A stretch of 64,000 nt of DNA from Octopus sinensis (lineage: Eukaryota): contig NC_043003.1 of assembly GCF_006345805.1 (NCBI RefSeq), forward strand, positions 31,930,001 through 31,994,000. The letters are read 5' to 3'. Position 1 is the first letter of the stretch. Each line of letters begins with the position of its first letter. Shown here in pieces: positions 15,401 through 26,652 of the stretch. The notes beneath the pieces were generated by a model that saw only the letters and a program-made list of their open reading frames with translations, was not told where the DNA came from and made no database searches. The translations under genes and the position numbers were made by a program.

Positions 15401-15800
15401 ATTTCTATACACTGGGACCCTAAAACTCGAGATGGATCTATTTGCAACCACTGGGGACTTATCAGATATAACAGCCAGTTAATCAACTACAATGCTTCAG
15501 CGAATAATCATTATTCTCGCCCCTTTGAACTTTAGAAACATTTGCATATTGTGCATTAATATCTTGTTCTTTAAAATTCCTTTTCTTCAGTTTATTCTTA
15601 ATATCATATCTCCCATATTTAATGTGAAACATTTAAATATTGACGGCATGATATCTGTCATAAATATTAATGAAAAAGTCATTCTTCTTGGATGAACTAA
15701 AATCAATTTGAATTGCCTTTATAGATTATACTGATGAGTAATGCAGTTAACTTTCAAGTAAAACACATGTTAATTGGTGTCTAATACCATTATATAGAGT

Positions 15801-15995
15801 AAGGCACTGAGTTAGAATTGTTAGCACGTCGGACAAAACGCTTAGCTGTATTTCATTCGTTCAGAGTTCAAATAGCACCGAGATGAAATTTGCCTTTCAT
15901 TCTTTCGGAGTCGATAACATATGTGCCAGTCGAAGCACTGGAGTAGATGTAATCGAATTATCCCTACTACAAAATGTCTATATTCGAAATAAGTG
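15801..15995 (+). mobile_element. tRNA-derived SINE, second family
   Basis: Head aattgttagcacgtcgg, B-box-like gagttcaaat, body tttgcctttcattctttcggagtcgataa. Homologous to 16455-16640, 34900-35025 and 42181-42325. Confidence 0.7.
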
Positions 15996-16139
15996 TTATT
16001 ATAATGTATAAAGGGACATAGGAGTTTGGTTTACATGAGCGTATCGTCTAAGGGACGCAAAGAATATATTAGCACATTGTTCAGTAAATTAAATAAAACC
16101 TAAATTATTAGGTTATTTATTCTGGAGACGTGTGAAGAT

Positions 16140-16300
16140 ACGTGGCTCAGTAGTTCAGACGTCCATTATGCGGACGTGAGTTTAGGATCAGTAGTGCGCT
16201 CAGTTCCTTTTCTGGGTGGTGCATTGTGACGCTTTTGAGCAAAGCATTTCAATTTACGTTGCTCTAGTTTACCCATCTCTAAGGGGGATTCGATGCTCCA
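16140..16300 (+). mobile_element. Diverged CORE-like SINE
   Basis: gtggctcagtagtt head and ttgagcaaagcatttcaatttacgttgc core. Close to the copy at 20415-20565. Confidence 0.65.
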
Positions 16301-16454
16301 TCTTTTTCTCCAGCCTTGATATCCTGGACGTGCAACTGACTCAATGGAGAGGGGTTCGATAAGGTACCTGTCTCTGCTGGCGCATGTGGGCATAAATAAT
16401 TAATAAAGAATAATTATAAAAAGAAAATCGCTACCAAAAGACATAGTACATATT

Positions 16455-16640
16455 GGTATAACTTTGACAGAAGGCTAGCAATTTCGGGGAGGGAGATGCA
16501 CGTGGATTACATCGAACACAGTGTACAACTGATATTTATTTCATCGACCTTGGCTAGATTTGCCCTAGAAATGCAAAGATGAGCAATTGCTGCTGAGCAT
16601 TTTACCCGGCGTGCTAACGATACTGCCATCTTGTCGCCTT
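16455..16640 (-). mobile_element. tRNA-derived SINE, second family
   Basis: The reverse complement begins aaggcgacaagatggcagtatcgttagcacgccgggtaaaatgctcagc. Confidence 0.7.
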
Positions 16641-16789
16641 AAAAGCATCATGTTTATTACAAGGTCACGCGCGCTTGTAAGAGATGTGTGGCTTTAATGT
16701 ACACTTTATGGCTGACGTTGCTATAAGAGAGATTCATCGAATGTGAGAAGGCGGGCTCGTTGCAATACATGTAATTGTATTTGCCAGCT

Positions 16790-16890
16790 AATTGAACTGG
16801 AGCAACGTGAAATAAAGCGTCTTACTTAAGGAATCGAACTCATGAACTTACGATCTGGAGCTGAAAGCCTTAACCATAAGCCACGCTCCT
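16790..16890 (-). mobile_element. Short tRNA-derived SINE of the 3762 family
   Basis: Reverse complement gtggcttatggtta (A box), gagttcgattcc (B box), gacgctttatttcacgttgctccagttca (core). Confidence 0.7.
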
Positions 16891-17037
16891 TCACTGGATG
16901 ACTAATTTGGAGATAAACTGACAAGGGTAACCTACACACCGGAGAATAGGTTTTCGTTGCTAACTTATTCACCCTAGTTGGTAATAAGGTAAAATATCTT
17001 CTTCAAAGAACCGTCATAATTGTACACACGAACGGAG

Positions 17038-17068
<31 letters not shown>

Positions 17069-17368
17069 AACAAACATACAACATATGCGCAAATATGTGT
17101 CTAAACAAGAATAACTGATTTAGAGAGTTAATTCATGAATAACATTAAAACGAACTAATGTGTAAATCCCTAACTAATGTGATAATACTATTAATTTTGC
17201 TCCACGTTACAATGGTGCTCTCCTCACAACGACCAGCAGGGCCGGTATTGTATATAGTAATATTTCTTGAATGTTTACTTCTGATGATTATCTTCTGTAC
17301 CTGAAAAGTTTAATGTTTTTCTGTCCGTATTGCAATTATTCTCCGTCTTCGCTATTTTACGTTATATA

Positions 17369-18966
17369 CAGTTGCGGCCAAAATGTTCAGAACTGCATTG
17401 TTTTCGTCAGAAAAGTAGGTATAAGTTTTTATCAAAGTTGTTTTATATTCTATAATTGTCACAGACAATAAATACAATATTCATTATTATTGTCTGAGAT
17501 TTTGGTGTAATTTGAGAGGACAATACAAACGTTATGGATGATTTAGTGATTTACTGCAAAACGCATGGCGGCCAAAATGATCAGAACGGTTGAAAAAATA
17601 GCAAAATAATCAAAAGTGACAGAGAATACTGGAATTATTTAATATTTAGTGTGAAGCCCTTTAGCTTCAATCACACTTTGACATCTTCGACTGCATGAGG
17701 AAATTAAATTTTCAATTTCTTGCTGGGTGATCTTATTCCATTCTTCCTGAAGGGCATTCCATAATTGCTCGGTTGTTTTAGGATTTCTGGCTTTCGAACG
17801 TTCTCCTAGAATATTCCACACATTTTCAATAGGATTAAGATCTGGGATTTGAGCTGGCCAATCCATAACAATAATCTTTTCAGCCTTGAGAAAGTTCATG
17901 ACCGCCTTAGCCTTGTGCCATGGGGCATTGTCCTGCCTGAATATGGGTGATCGCTTAGTTGAATTTCTCAGCACAGGCAAGACATGATCTTTTACAAGTT
18001 GTTTATAAACTCCAGCATTTACCTTTCCATGTAATCGCACCAAAGGGCCCACACCATCTCCAGATATCATCCCCCAAACCATGACACTTCCTCCACCGAA
18101 TTTAACACTAGTCTTAAGGCATTTAGGCGACAATTTTTCACCTACTTTTCTACGAACATACCTTTTCTCATCTAAGCCAAATAACATAAACTTAGATTCA
18201 TCACGGAAATGCACCGTTTGCCATTTTCCTTGAGACCACAACACATGTTCGGTTGCAAAGGTAAGACGACACTTTTTATTCTTGGAGCTGATCAGTGGCT
18301 TCACTGCAGGCCCTCTTGCTTGTAGGTCATGTTCAAATAAATAATGAGACACAGTTTTTTTAAATAAAGTTTTCTTCAGTACAATGCTCATTTCCCGAGA
18401 AACAGCAGCAGCAGTTTTAAATCTGTCCTTTTTAACCAACTTTACCATAGCACGATCTTCTCTCTTGGTCGTTTTTCTTGGCCTACCTGTAGACTTTCTT
18501 GCTTCACACGAACAACACTCATCGTAGGCCTTAAGAATACCGTGAACAACACTTTTTGACTTGTTAACAATCTTTGCAATAGACCCAATACTTAAATTAT
18601 CCTTCTTTCGAAGTTTAATAATCTGCTGACGAATTGGTAACGGAGTAAGTGGCATTATATTAACAAAGTACACTGCAGATACTCTTACTAATGTTTAGTA
18701 AACGAACCGTCAGGTAAACAAATTCAAAACATTAGAGTTCACCGGTTAAATATACTAAAACACGGTGTAAAAGCAACCATTCTGATCATTTTGGCCGCCA
18801 TAACTTTTGTATTGTCCTCTCAAATTACACAAAAATCTCAGACAATAACAACTAATATTGTATTTATTGTCTGTGAAAATTATAGAAAATAAAACAACTT
18901 TGATAAAAACTTATACCTACCTTTCTGACGAAAACAATGTCGTTCTGAACATTTTGGCCGCAACTG
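17369..18966 (-). mobile_element. Full-length Tc1-family DNA transposon with IR/DR-type long TIRs and TA target duplication
   Basis: TA|CAGTTGCGGCC at 17369 and GGCCGCAACTG|TA at 18966. TIRs span about 17369-17590 and 18776-18966. Each holds an outer and an inner 19-bp repeat GCGGCCAAAATG(T/A)TCAGAA. Confidence 0.97.
17639..18673 (-). CDS. Tc1 transposase, DD34E, 344 aa, uninterrupted ORF
   Basis: HTH region, GRPRK, DESKF, GGGSVMVWG, QDNAP.H and PDLNPIE. There are 34 residues between the second D and the E. Confidence 0.95.
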   Translation of the reverse strand: MYFVNIMPLTPLPIRQQIIKLRKKDNLSIGSIAKIVNKSKSVVHGILKAYDECCSCEARKSTGRPRKTTKREDRAMVKLVKKDRFKTAAAVSREMSIVLKKTLFKKTVSHYLFEHDLQARGPAVKPLISSKNKKCRLTFATEHVLWSQGKWQTVHFRDESKFMLFGLDEKRYVRRKVGEKLSPKCLKTSVKFGGGSVMVWGMISGDGVGPLVRLHGKVNAGVYKQLVKDHVLPVLRNSTKRSPIFRQDNAPWHKAKAVMNFLKAEKIIVMDWPAQIPDLNPIENVWNILGERSKARNPKTTEQLWNALQEEWNKITQQEIENLISSCSRRCQSVIEAKGLHTKY

Positions 18967-18986
18967 TATACTTAGATACATTTACA

Positions 18987-19056
<70 letters not shown>

Positions 19057-19097
19057 CCTACCTATCTACCTATCTATCTATCCATCTATCAATCCAC

Positions 19098-19165
<68 letters not shown>

Positions 19166-19169
19166 ATAT

Positions 19170-19205
<36 letters not shown>

Positions 19206-19323
19206 ATATATATATATATATATGTCTATCTATCTATCTACCTACCTACATACCTGCATATCTATCTATCTATATGTCCATCTATCTATTCATCCATCCA
19301 TCCATATATCTATCTATCCATCC

Positions 19324-19418
<95 letters not shown>

Positions 19419-19851
19419 GAGTCTATTGTGAATATTGTTCCACCACCTTCCTTTAAACGGGAAGGGAAAACGGTTTTCGTTACGCTGATGGCTATGGCGA
19501 AAGAATGTGTGTGGTGGACGCGTTTGAAAGGACTGCAAACAAACACCTTCCTCTCTGGTCAGTCTCTCGTCAACTTTTTCAAGTACCACTTGAAAAGGAG
19601 GATGAGAATAGAGAGGAAGGCTTTGTCGAACGAATGTTTTAATAAAAAGTGGGTAAAAGTGGCAAAAATGATCAGTATGAAAGACGACACTATTTTAAGC
19701 ATAAATCTGTAACCAAAAGAGACAACGAGAAGTAAGGCGACTTACTCATGTGTTCTTTTTCAAATTATCTGAGGTGACCTTGGTCTTTTTTGTAAGTTTT
19801 TCTTTCCAAGACTACACCTAAACTGTGAACCTTATATATATATATATATAT

Positions 19852-19899
<48 letters not shown>

Positions 19900-20242
19900 T
19901 GCTTTTTTATACACCACACAACCCACAGATCCCTATTGATCAAACGTTTTTTTTTTTTTTTTGCAACACTCATCCCACCTCGAAAAGAAAAAATTCTACA
20001 TTTTATTTCGTCCATTTTTATTCTGTGTTTAGCCCTGTGTGGCTACAATAAAAAGTTATCTATCTATCTATCCATCTATCAATCTACCTACCTACATACC
20101 TACCTACAACCTACCTACCTACCTACCTACCTACCTACCTAACTTCCTACCTACATATCTATCTATCATCTATCTATCTATCCATCTATCTATCTATGCA
20201 TGTCTTATGTATGTCTCTATCTATCTATCTACCTATCTAGCC

Positions 20243-20318
<76 letters not shown>

Positions 20319-20340
20319 GCCTATCTGTCTGCCTGTCTAT
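18987..20340. repeat. (TCTA)n/(TACC)n microsatellite block interrupted by a LINE fragment
   Basis: Direct sequence. Source of the SIYL-repeat ORFs. Confidence 0.95.
19419..20057 (+). mobile_element. 5'-truncated Tx1/L1-like LINE (ORF2 C-terminus and 3'UTR)
   Basis: [56 protein letters not shown] is homologous to 25975-26200. Stop at 19710-19712 and AATAAA at 20047-20052. Confidence 0.9.
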
Positions 20341-20414
20341 CTCAGTCTGACGGTCCATCTGTCTGTCTGTCTATCTATGTATTTAACCATCTGTGCGCAC
20401 GTGGGTTTGTGCGC

Positions 20415-20565
20415 ATACGTGGCCCAGTAGTTCCGAGGTTCATCGTGCGGACGTGAGTTTAGGATCAGTAGTCCGCTCAGTTCCTTTTCTGGGTGGTGCA
20501 TTGTGACCCTTTTGAGCAAAGCATTTCACTTTACGTTGCTGTAGTTTACTCATCTGTAAAGGGTT
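20415..20565 (+). mobile_element. Diverged CORE-like SINE, sister of 16140
   Basis: Near-identical gcggacgtgagtttaggatcagtagt(g/c)cgctcagttccttttctgggtggtgcattgtgac block. Confidence 0.65.
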
Positions 20566-20600
20566 TTTTTTTTTATTGCTCCCTCTTTTTCACATTTGTG

Positions 20601-22340
20601 TACATGTGTATTTTGGAAGAATGTATCTACGTTTGTCTAACTACGTAATTATATAATTATACATACGTATAATTTTGGCATTACTCCATTCTCTAAGAAC
20701 GCATTACGTCTGAATAAAAATAATTATAACTGAATTTCTAAAATATATATGTCAGAGTCTGCTGTGACGTTATGATTATTTTCCATTACTATTTAATAAC
20801 TACTTAGAAAATCTCTTTTTTTTTATTTTTCCAATATTCAATAGCTTGTATGCTAACACCATACTAGTTAATTTCAGAATGCATATTCGATGCTTTAAAA
20901 ATCGAATGCTGAATGACGAATACAGACATTTTTGAAATACATTCGAGAATTAATTCACTAGCTCCAAGATCTAGGAAAATGGAATGACCCGTGCCAAAAA
21001 ATGCTGTTTCTGCCGCAAATATATTCCCAGCAATTGATGTCGTTACTGACTACTGCGAGAATTCTGTATCGTGTCTATGGACACGGACTAAATCTTAGAT
21101 CAGTGTTCCAACTGTCATTTTTTACAATGATCATATTACAATATCTCGCCTATTAGATTAGACACATTCACCAGTGATATGTTTCTTCAGAGATGTCTAA
21201 CGGTTTATATTCCAATACAACCATGCACCTGAGAGTGAGAGTTTAAAGTACATATTTTTCTCTTCCCTTCCTGCCTGTCTACAAGACCACTGAACAGTGC
21301 GTAAATAAGGCATTTGCATAAATAGAGAGGTGTATACTACACATGTAATAAACTTAGAGGAATTATAAATACGCATCATATCGTATGCAATAGGCAATAA
21401 ACGAATAGATATTATTCTGCTAAGACCCTCAGATGAGAATATATCCGGCGTTGGTTAACAAAACAAATTGACTAAATAAAAATATAATTCCAAAAGGCAG
21501 GCCTGTCTCAAACGTTTTAGCGAAATTGTTATGACGTCTACGGAATCTGAAGATAAAGTGTTAGTTTCGACAAACGATTAGCTCTTATATTATATATGCT
21601 CCATTTCATTTAAAATAACTTTAAACTATGTCGTTTAATGTTTTAGTCATTACTTATGAAGCCATAATAGGCATAGATTTTGACAATATGTAAGGCAATA
21701 TTGCTTTCCATTCTCAATAATTATTATGAAAAGAAAATCGCTACTAAAAGTTAACAAGAGGTTTCTAAACTTTCGGAACTTCTGCCAAACGCTTTCAGCA
21801 CACGTTGTTGAAATGTTTTTAATATCATATAAGGATTCCTCTAATGGTTAGTGTTCACCATAATAAATATTCTTCTTTGGAAGTCAAAATATTAGATGTA
21901 TGTATTTATCAGAAGTATATTTATTTTAATAATTTTCTGTTTTATATTTTACGCTTCTTGTTTTGTATTTCTAATCTTTTTTATCTCCTTAACTGGACAT
22001 TAAATAAAATCGAATAGATTTTCCTCTAAATATTATTTTCCTGTTTCCTGTCTCTCTCTGTCTTTCTCTATCGCTTTGTCTATCTTTCTATCTCTTTCAG
22101 TGTCTATCTTCTTTTTTTTTCTTCCTGAACCCATCTCTCTCTTCCACTATCACGATACAAACGTGTTTGCGTGTATATATATGTGTGTCTACATGTGTAT
22201 ATCGGAAGAATGTATCTACGTTTGTCTAACTACTTAATTATATAATTATACATACGTATAATTTTGGCATTAATCCATTCTCCAAGAACGCATTACGTCT
22301 GAATATAAATAATTATAACTGAATTTCTAAAATATATATG
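20601..22340. repeat. 151-bp direct duplication (20601-20751 and 22190-22340)
   Basis: About 6 mismatches in 151 bp by eye. The sequence is non-microsatellite and not a recognised TE. Confidence 0.9.
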
Positions 22341-22644
22341 GTAGAAAGTTCTTATCTCTGTGTCTATGAGTTCACAAACTTTACGTCATATATCCGTCTA
22401 TGTATCAGTGTGCATGTATTATACGGTGTAGGATTTGTTACCTAGCTGTTAGAACTTCCACTTCGTTTTCTCTGGATAGTATAATGATTATGTAACTTTA
22501 CGTATAAATACTGTGTTCATATACACATATATGCACAGACACACATAAACATACATGCTTAGAGGGAACACATAAAAGCGCACATAAATTGCTTGCAAAC
22601 AAATACACACAAAAACATACACGGATGACATATTTTATCTTATA

Positions 22645-22994
22645 CTAGCAGTATCGCCCGGCGTTGTTCGGGTTTGTAAGGGAAATAACTATATAAACAT
22701 TAGGTGGTGGGTGTTACTGTAGCTTTTTACGTTCTGAGATTTAATAATAAATTTTTAGAGAGTTACTTCCCTTATATATGCCAAAAATGCATTAAAAATG
22801 GGAAAAATTGATGGTAATTTTTTTTTTAATCGTAGACTCATCGTAGACGCGCGCTAATACCCAGAAGGGCTCGATATGAATCACGACTATAAGATACCCG
22901 GTTTTGGTTAAACTGCATCGCAAAATGTGGGAGTAGCTAGGAATCTAAATCGTAGGAGACAGACAGCACACAACCTCACTTTTATATATAAAGA
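22645..22994 (-). mobile_element. Non-autonomous Helitron, 350 bp
   Basis: The minus strand begins A|TCTTTATATATAAAAG at 22994 and ends CCCGAACAACGCCGGG-CGATACTG-CTAG|T at 22645. It sits at an A-T dinucleotide with no TSD. Confidence 0.9.
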
Positions 22995-23496
22995 TATCTT
23001 TCAGTCATTAAATTGCGACCATGTTAGAGCACTGCACTGAAGTATTTTAGTCAGTCTGTTCCTTATTCTATTAGAATCTTTTGCCGCAAAGCTACGTTAC
23101 AGAAACATAAACACAACACCGATAGGTCATGGGGGCCAAGTACCAAACACACGCGCGCACACACAAACATATGAGACAGACAGACAGACAGATTATAGAG
23201 AGTAAAATATTAACATGTAAGAGAGAAAGAATTTTATTTTTATTGCCAGAACGCTCTGGAGTAAAAATTCGGTGTTGCTACTAACAGAATTATCTCATTT
23301 ACATCCCCTAAAATACATACATATCGATGCAGACGCAGTTCTGTGGTAATATGTTTCCATCCTAAACACATGTCTCTGGATACTGACCGACGATGTGGCA
23401 TCTTGAGTGGATGACCTGTACTACAGCCTCGTGTGGACCAAGTGTGTGTGTGCTTGATAGTCTGTGTGTATGTGTGCGCGTATGTATGTATATATG

Positions 23497-23533
<37 letters not shown>

Positions 23534-23549
23534 TATATATATATATATA

Positions 23550-23587
<38 letters not shown>

Positions 23588-23710
23588 CAAACACATATGA
23601 GGAAAATCTGCTTGCATACGTATATCCAGGGTTAACGCAGGTAATCATAGCGGTAGTATAATGGATACTTTTATCCCTTATTTAATACATACATACATAT
23701 TTACATACAT

Positions 23711-23745
<35 letters not shown>

Positions 23746-23809
23746 CGCAAACACCATTTTATGTGTGTGTGTATGTGCGTGTGTGTGTATATGTATATAT
23801 ATATGAAAA

Positions 23810-24034
23810 AACAAGTAAAAAATAGAAAATGCTAAAATAATTTTATAGTGAACATTTCAGTACCGGTTTCGGTCATTTTGAGACCTTTTCAACTGTAACG
23901 ATTAAATAATTAAATTTAGAAAAATTAGAAGAAAAGTTTTTTTAAAAGAATATTTCTATAGTAGTGTTCAGATTTTAGTGGCATTCTGCCTTTCTCTGAC
24001 TCCCTTGTTTGCACTTGTGTGTTCGAGGTAGTTG
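23810..24034 (-). mobile_element. Penelope-like terminal (pLTR) fragment
   Basis: Colinear with 51700-51935 (aaaatagaaaatgctaaaataatttta...ttttcaact...aggtagttg), which continues into a GIY-YIG coding region. Confidence 0.8.
23853..23900 (-). ncRNA. Minimal type I hammerhead ribozyme motif, U3-A8 variant
   Basis: Stem I CAG/CTG (extendable), core UUGAAAA, stem II GGUC/GACC with a 7-nt loop, GAAA, palindromic stem III ACCGGU and a GUA triplet. Confidence 0.75.
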
Positions 24035-24055
24035 TATATATATATATATATATAT

Positions 24056-26652
24056 GAGGGCAAGAACGTAGGGTAGACTTCAGTGCCTACCTACATAGCC
24101 TACCACGACTCTCGACAAGAAAGGCAGGGTGCTGCGAAGGTGCCATCACGGCGGCGGAAGTGCGGGAAGCGATGGCAGAATGCTCGAGGGACAAATCACC
24201 GGGTTTGGATGGTCTACCCTACGAGCTTTACAATTGTATGCCAGACTTGTTTGGAGATCTCTTGGCGGCGGTGTACTGCAACTGGCAGCAAAACGGGAGC
24301 ATTCCTGGTTTTGTGAGCCGAGGAGCCGTAACACTGCTGAAGAAAGATCTAAACAAGGGAAATGTAATAGATAACTTTAGGCCCATCACTCTGCTTAATG
24401 CAGACTTGAAAATTTTGGCCAAGGTGCTAGCCAAGAGGTTGGCGCTTGTCATCGAGAAACTGGTCGACAAGGCGCAAACATGCGCCGTGCCAGGCCGGAC
24501 CATCCATGACAACCTCCATCTGATGCGCTACATCATAGACAGGGTAGTTAACGAACCTGGCATGGGTGGGGCCCTGATCAACTTGGATCAATCAAAAGCC
24601 TTTGATAGGGTAGACCATCGATACTTGGAGGCAGTCCTGAGAGCGGCTGGTTTCGGTCCCGTCTTCCGCGGCTGGATAGCTGCCTTGTACAGAGGCATCC
24701 GTTCGGTAATTCGCGTAAATGGACATCTATCGAGACCTTTCGACATTGCACGTTCGGTCCGTCAGGGATGCCCCCTCTCGGCGCTCTATACGTATTGACT
24801 CTTGAGCCACTACTGCGGAAGCTGGCGACTCTAAGGGGCATCCCGCGAGAATTGGGATGCGGGACGAGCGTGTCTGGATACGCGGACGACGTCACCGTCA
24901 TAGTGTCTAGCCACGAGCACATCGAGCTGGTCGGCGAGACACTGAAAAACTACGAAGCGGTGACAGGAGCGAAAATCAACCGGGAAAAGTCAGTGGGCTT
25001 GCGACTAGGCACCTGGAGAAGCAGCCCATGCCGTCCACCAGCACCTCCGTCGTGGGACGCTGGACCGACGGCCCGGTTGAGTTGCTCGGGGTCTGGTTTG
25101 GTCCGGACCTCCAAGTGGAGAAGAACTGGAACGAGATAACGAGTAGGGTGGTCACTCTCGCCGGCAATGGGCCGAGAGGAAACTGTCCCTAAAAGGTCGA
25201 GCGGAGGTGGCGAACACGTACATCGCGTCCGTCATCTACTACCGCCTGACCGTCGTACCTTGTCCCGACCCTACCATCACCAAACTACAACGCATCCTCT
25301 TTCGCTTCTTGTGGAAAGGATGCGTCCCGATGGTCAGGCGATCCATTTGCTGTCAACACCCGTTAAAAGGAGGGCTGGGCATGCCGTGGTTGATGATGCG
25401 CAGACACGCGCTGAGACTGCGACATCTCTGGCTCTATGTAGACGACGGTGACAGGTGTGGTCGCCGTTTGTGAGGCACGCTTTCCCGCAGCTCGTCTCCA
25501 TGACCGAACTGCAGTCGTGATCAAAAAGAGGCGGAGGAAGGGCGAATGCACCGCGAGTGTCGCGTTGCTCTCAAGCAACTCTGCCGTCCTGGGTCGACCT
25601 TAAGTGACTTCAACACAACCAAAGCATTCTATAGGGGTTTAGTGGAGGGGAGGTACGACGACGAGCTCGGGGCGAACCTGGACGTCGACGAGGAGTACCT
25701 GACCCGCCTGTTCGGGACGACTTTCGGGCCAGGGCCCATGGACAACTTCCAGAGATCCCTGGCCTGGCAGTGCTACCGAGAAGCGCTACCCGTTCGGGAT
25801 AAGCTCTACAGACACGGCTCGAGAAACACGGGGCCGACCTGCCCGAGATGCGGTCAGAACGACGAAACCGTTCTGCACGCACTCGTTCAGTGTCCAACAA
25901 TTTCCGACCTGTGGGCTTATGTCGAACAACTGCTGTCACGTGTGGGACGAGTCGGTTTATCAGCTGAGGCTATCGTCAATTGTCACGCCTCCTTCCTTCA
26001 AACGGGAAGGAAGAGCTATTTTCATCATCCTTGTGGCTATGGCGAAAGAATGTATCTGGTGGACGCGTCTGAAAGGATTGGAGACAAACACTTTCCTCTC
26101 TGGTCAATCTCTCATCAACTTCTTCAAGTACCACTTGAAAAGGAAAGTGAGAGTAGAGAGGCAAGTTTTGTCTAGCGAATGTTTTAAAAAAAGATGGTGA
26201 ATGTAGCAAGAATGGCACGTATGAATGACGGAGCCACCTTGAGCATAGTCCTATGAACCCAGAAATCGAAAACAGAGAGTTGCTTATTTGCAAAAAAAAA
26301 AAAAAAAAAAGAAATATAAAATGTGACTTCATTGACCGAGGTTACCGTGGTCTTTTCCGCAGGCTTTTCTTTCCACGGGTAAACCTCACCTGTCCTCCCC
26401 TTTACACTTCATATTGACATTTCTGTGATAACGATCCCTATTGATCATTTTTTTTTCCTCTCCCCCCCTTTTTTTTTTTTTTTTTTTAACCCCCCTTATT
26501 TTTGTCCTCTTTCTCTCCTTTTACGATCCCTTTTGATCGAACCTCCCCTTCCTTTTTTTTTTTTTTTTTTTTTTTTTAATACCTTCAAAAGAAAAGCTCT
26601 ACCTTGTAATTTGTTCTATCTGTGTGCAGCCCTGTATGGCTAATAAAGAAAC
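24056..26652 (+). mobile_element. 5'-truncated Tx1/L1-like LINE, frameshifted ORF2 and 3'UTR
   Basis: KSPGLDGLPYE, FRPITLLNADLKILAK, LDQSKAFDRVDH, VRQGCPLS, YADD (24879-24890) and CPRCGQNDETVLHALVQCP. Stop at 26254-26256 and AATAAA at 26642-26647. Visibly more GC-rich than its flanks, with (TA)n on both sides. Confidence 0.95.

Noticed and set aside
15399-15535. Open stretch ISIHWDPKTRDGSICNHWGLIRY after a possible acceptor
   Set aside because: No donor before the stop and no recognisable family. Plausibly chance.
24228-25939. Antisense ORFs over the Tx1-like element
   Set aside because: Shadow ORFs of a GC-rich coding sequence.
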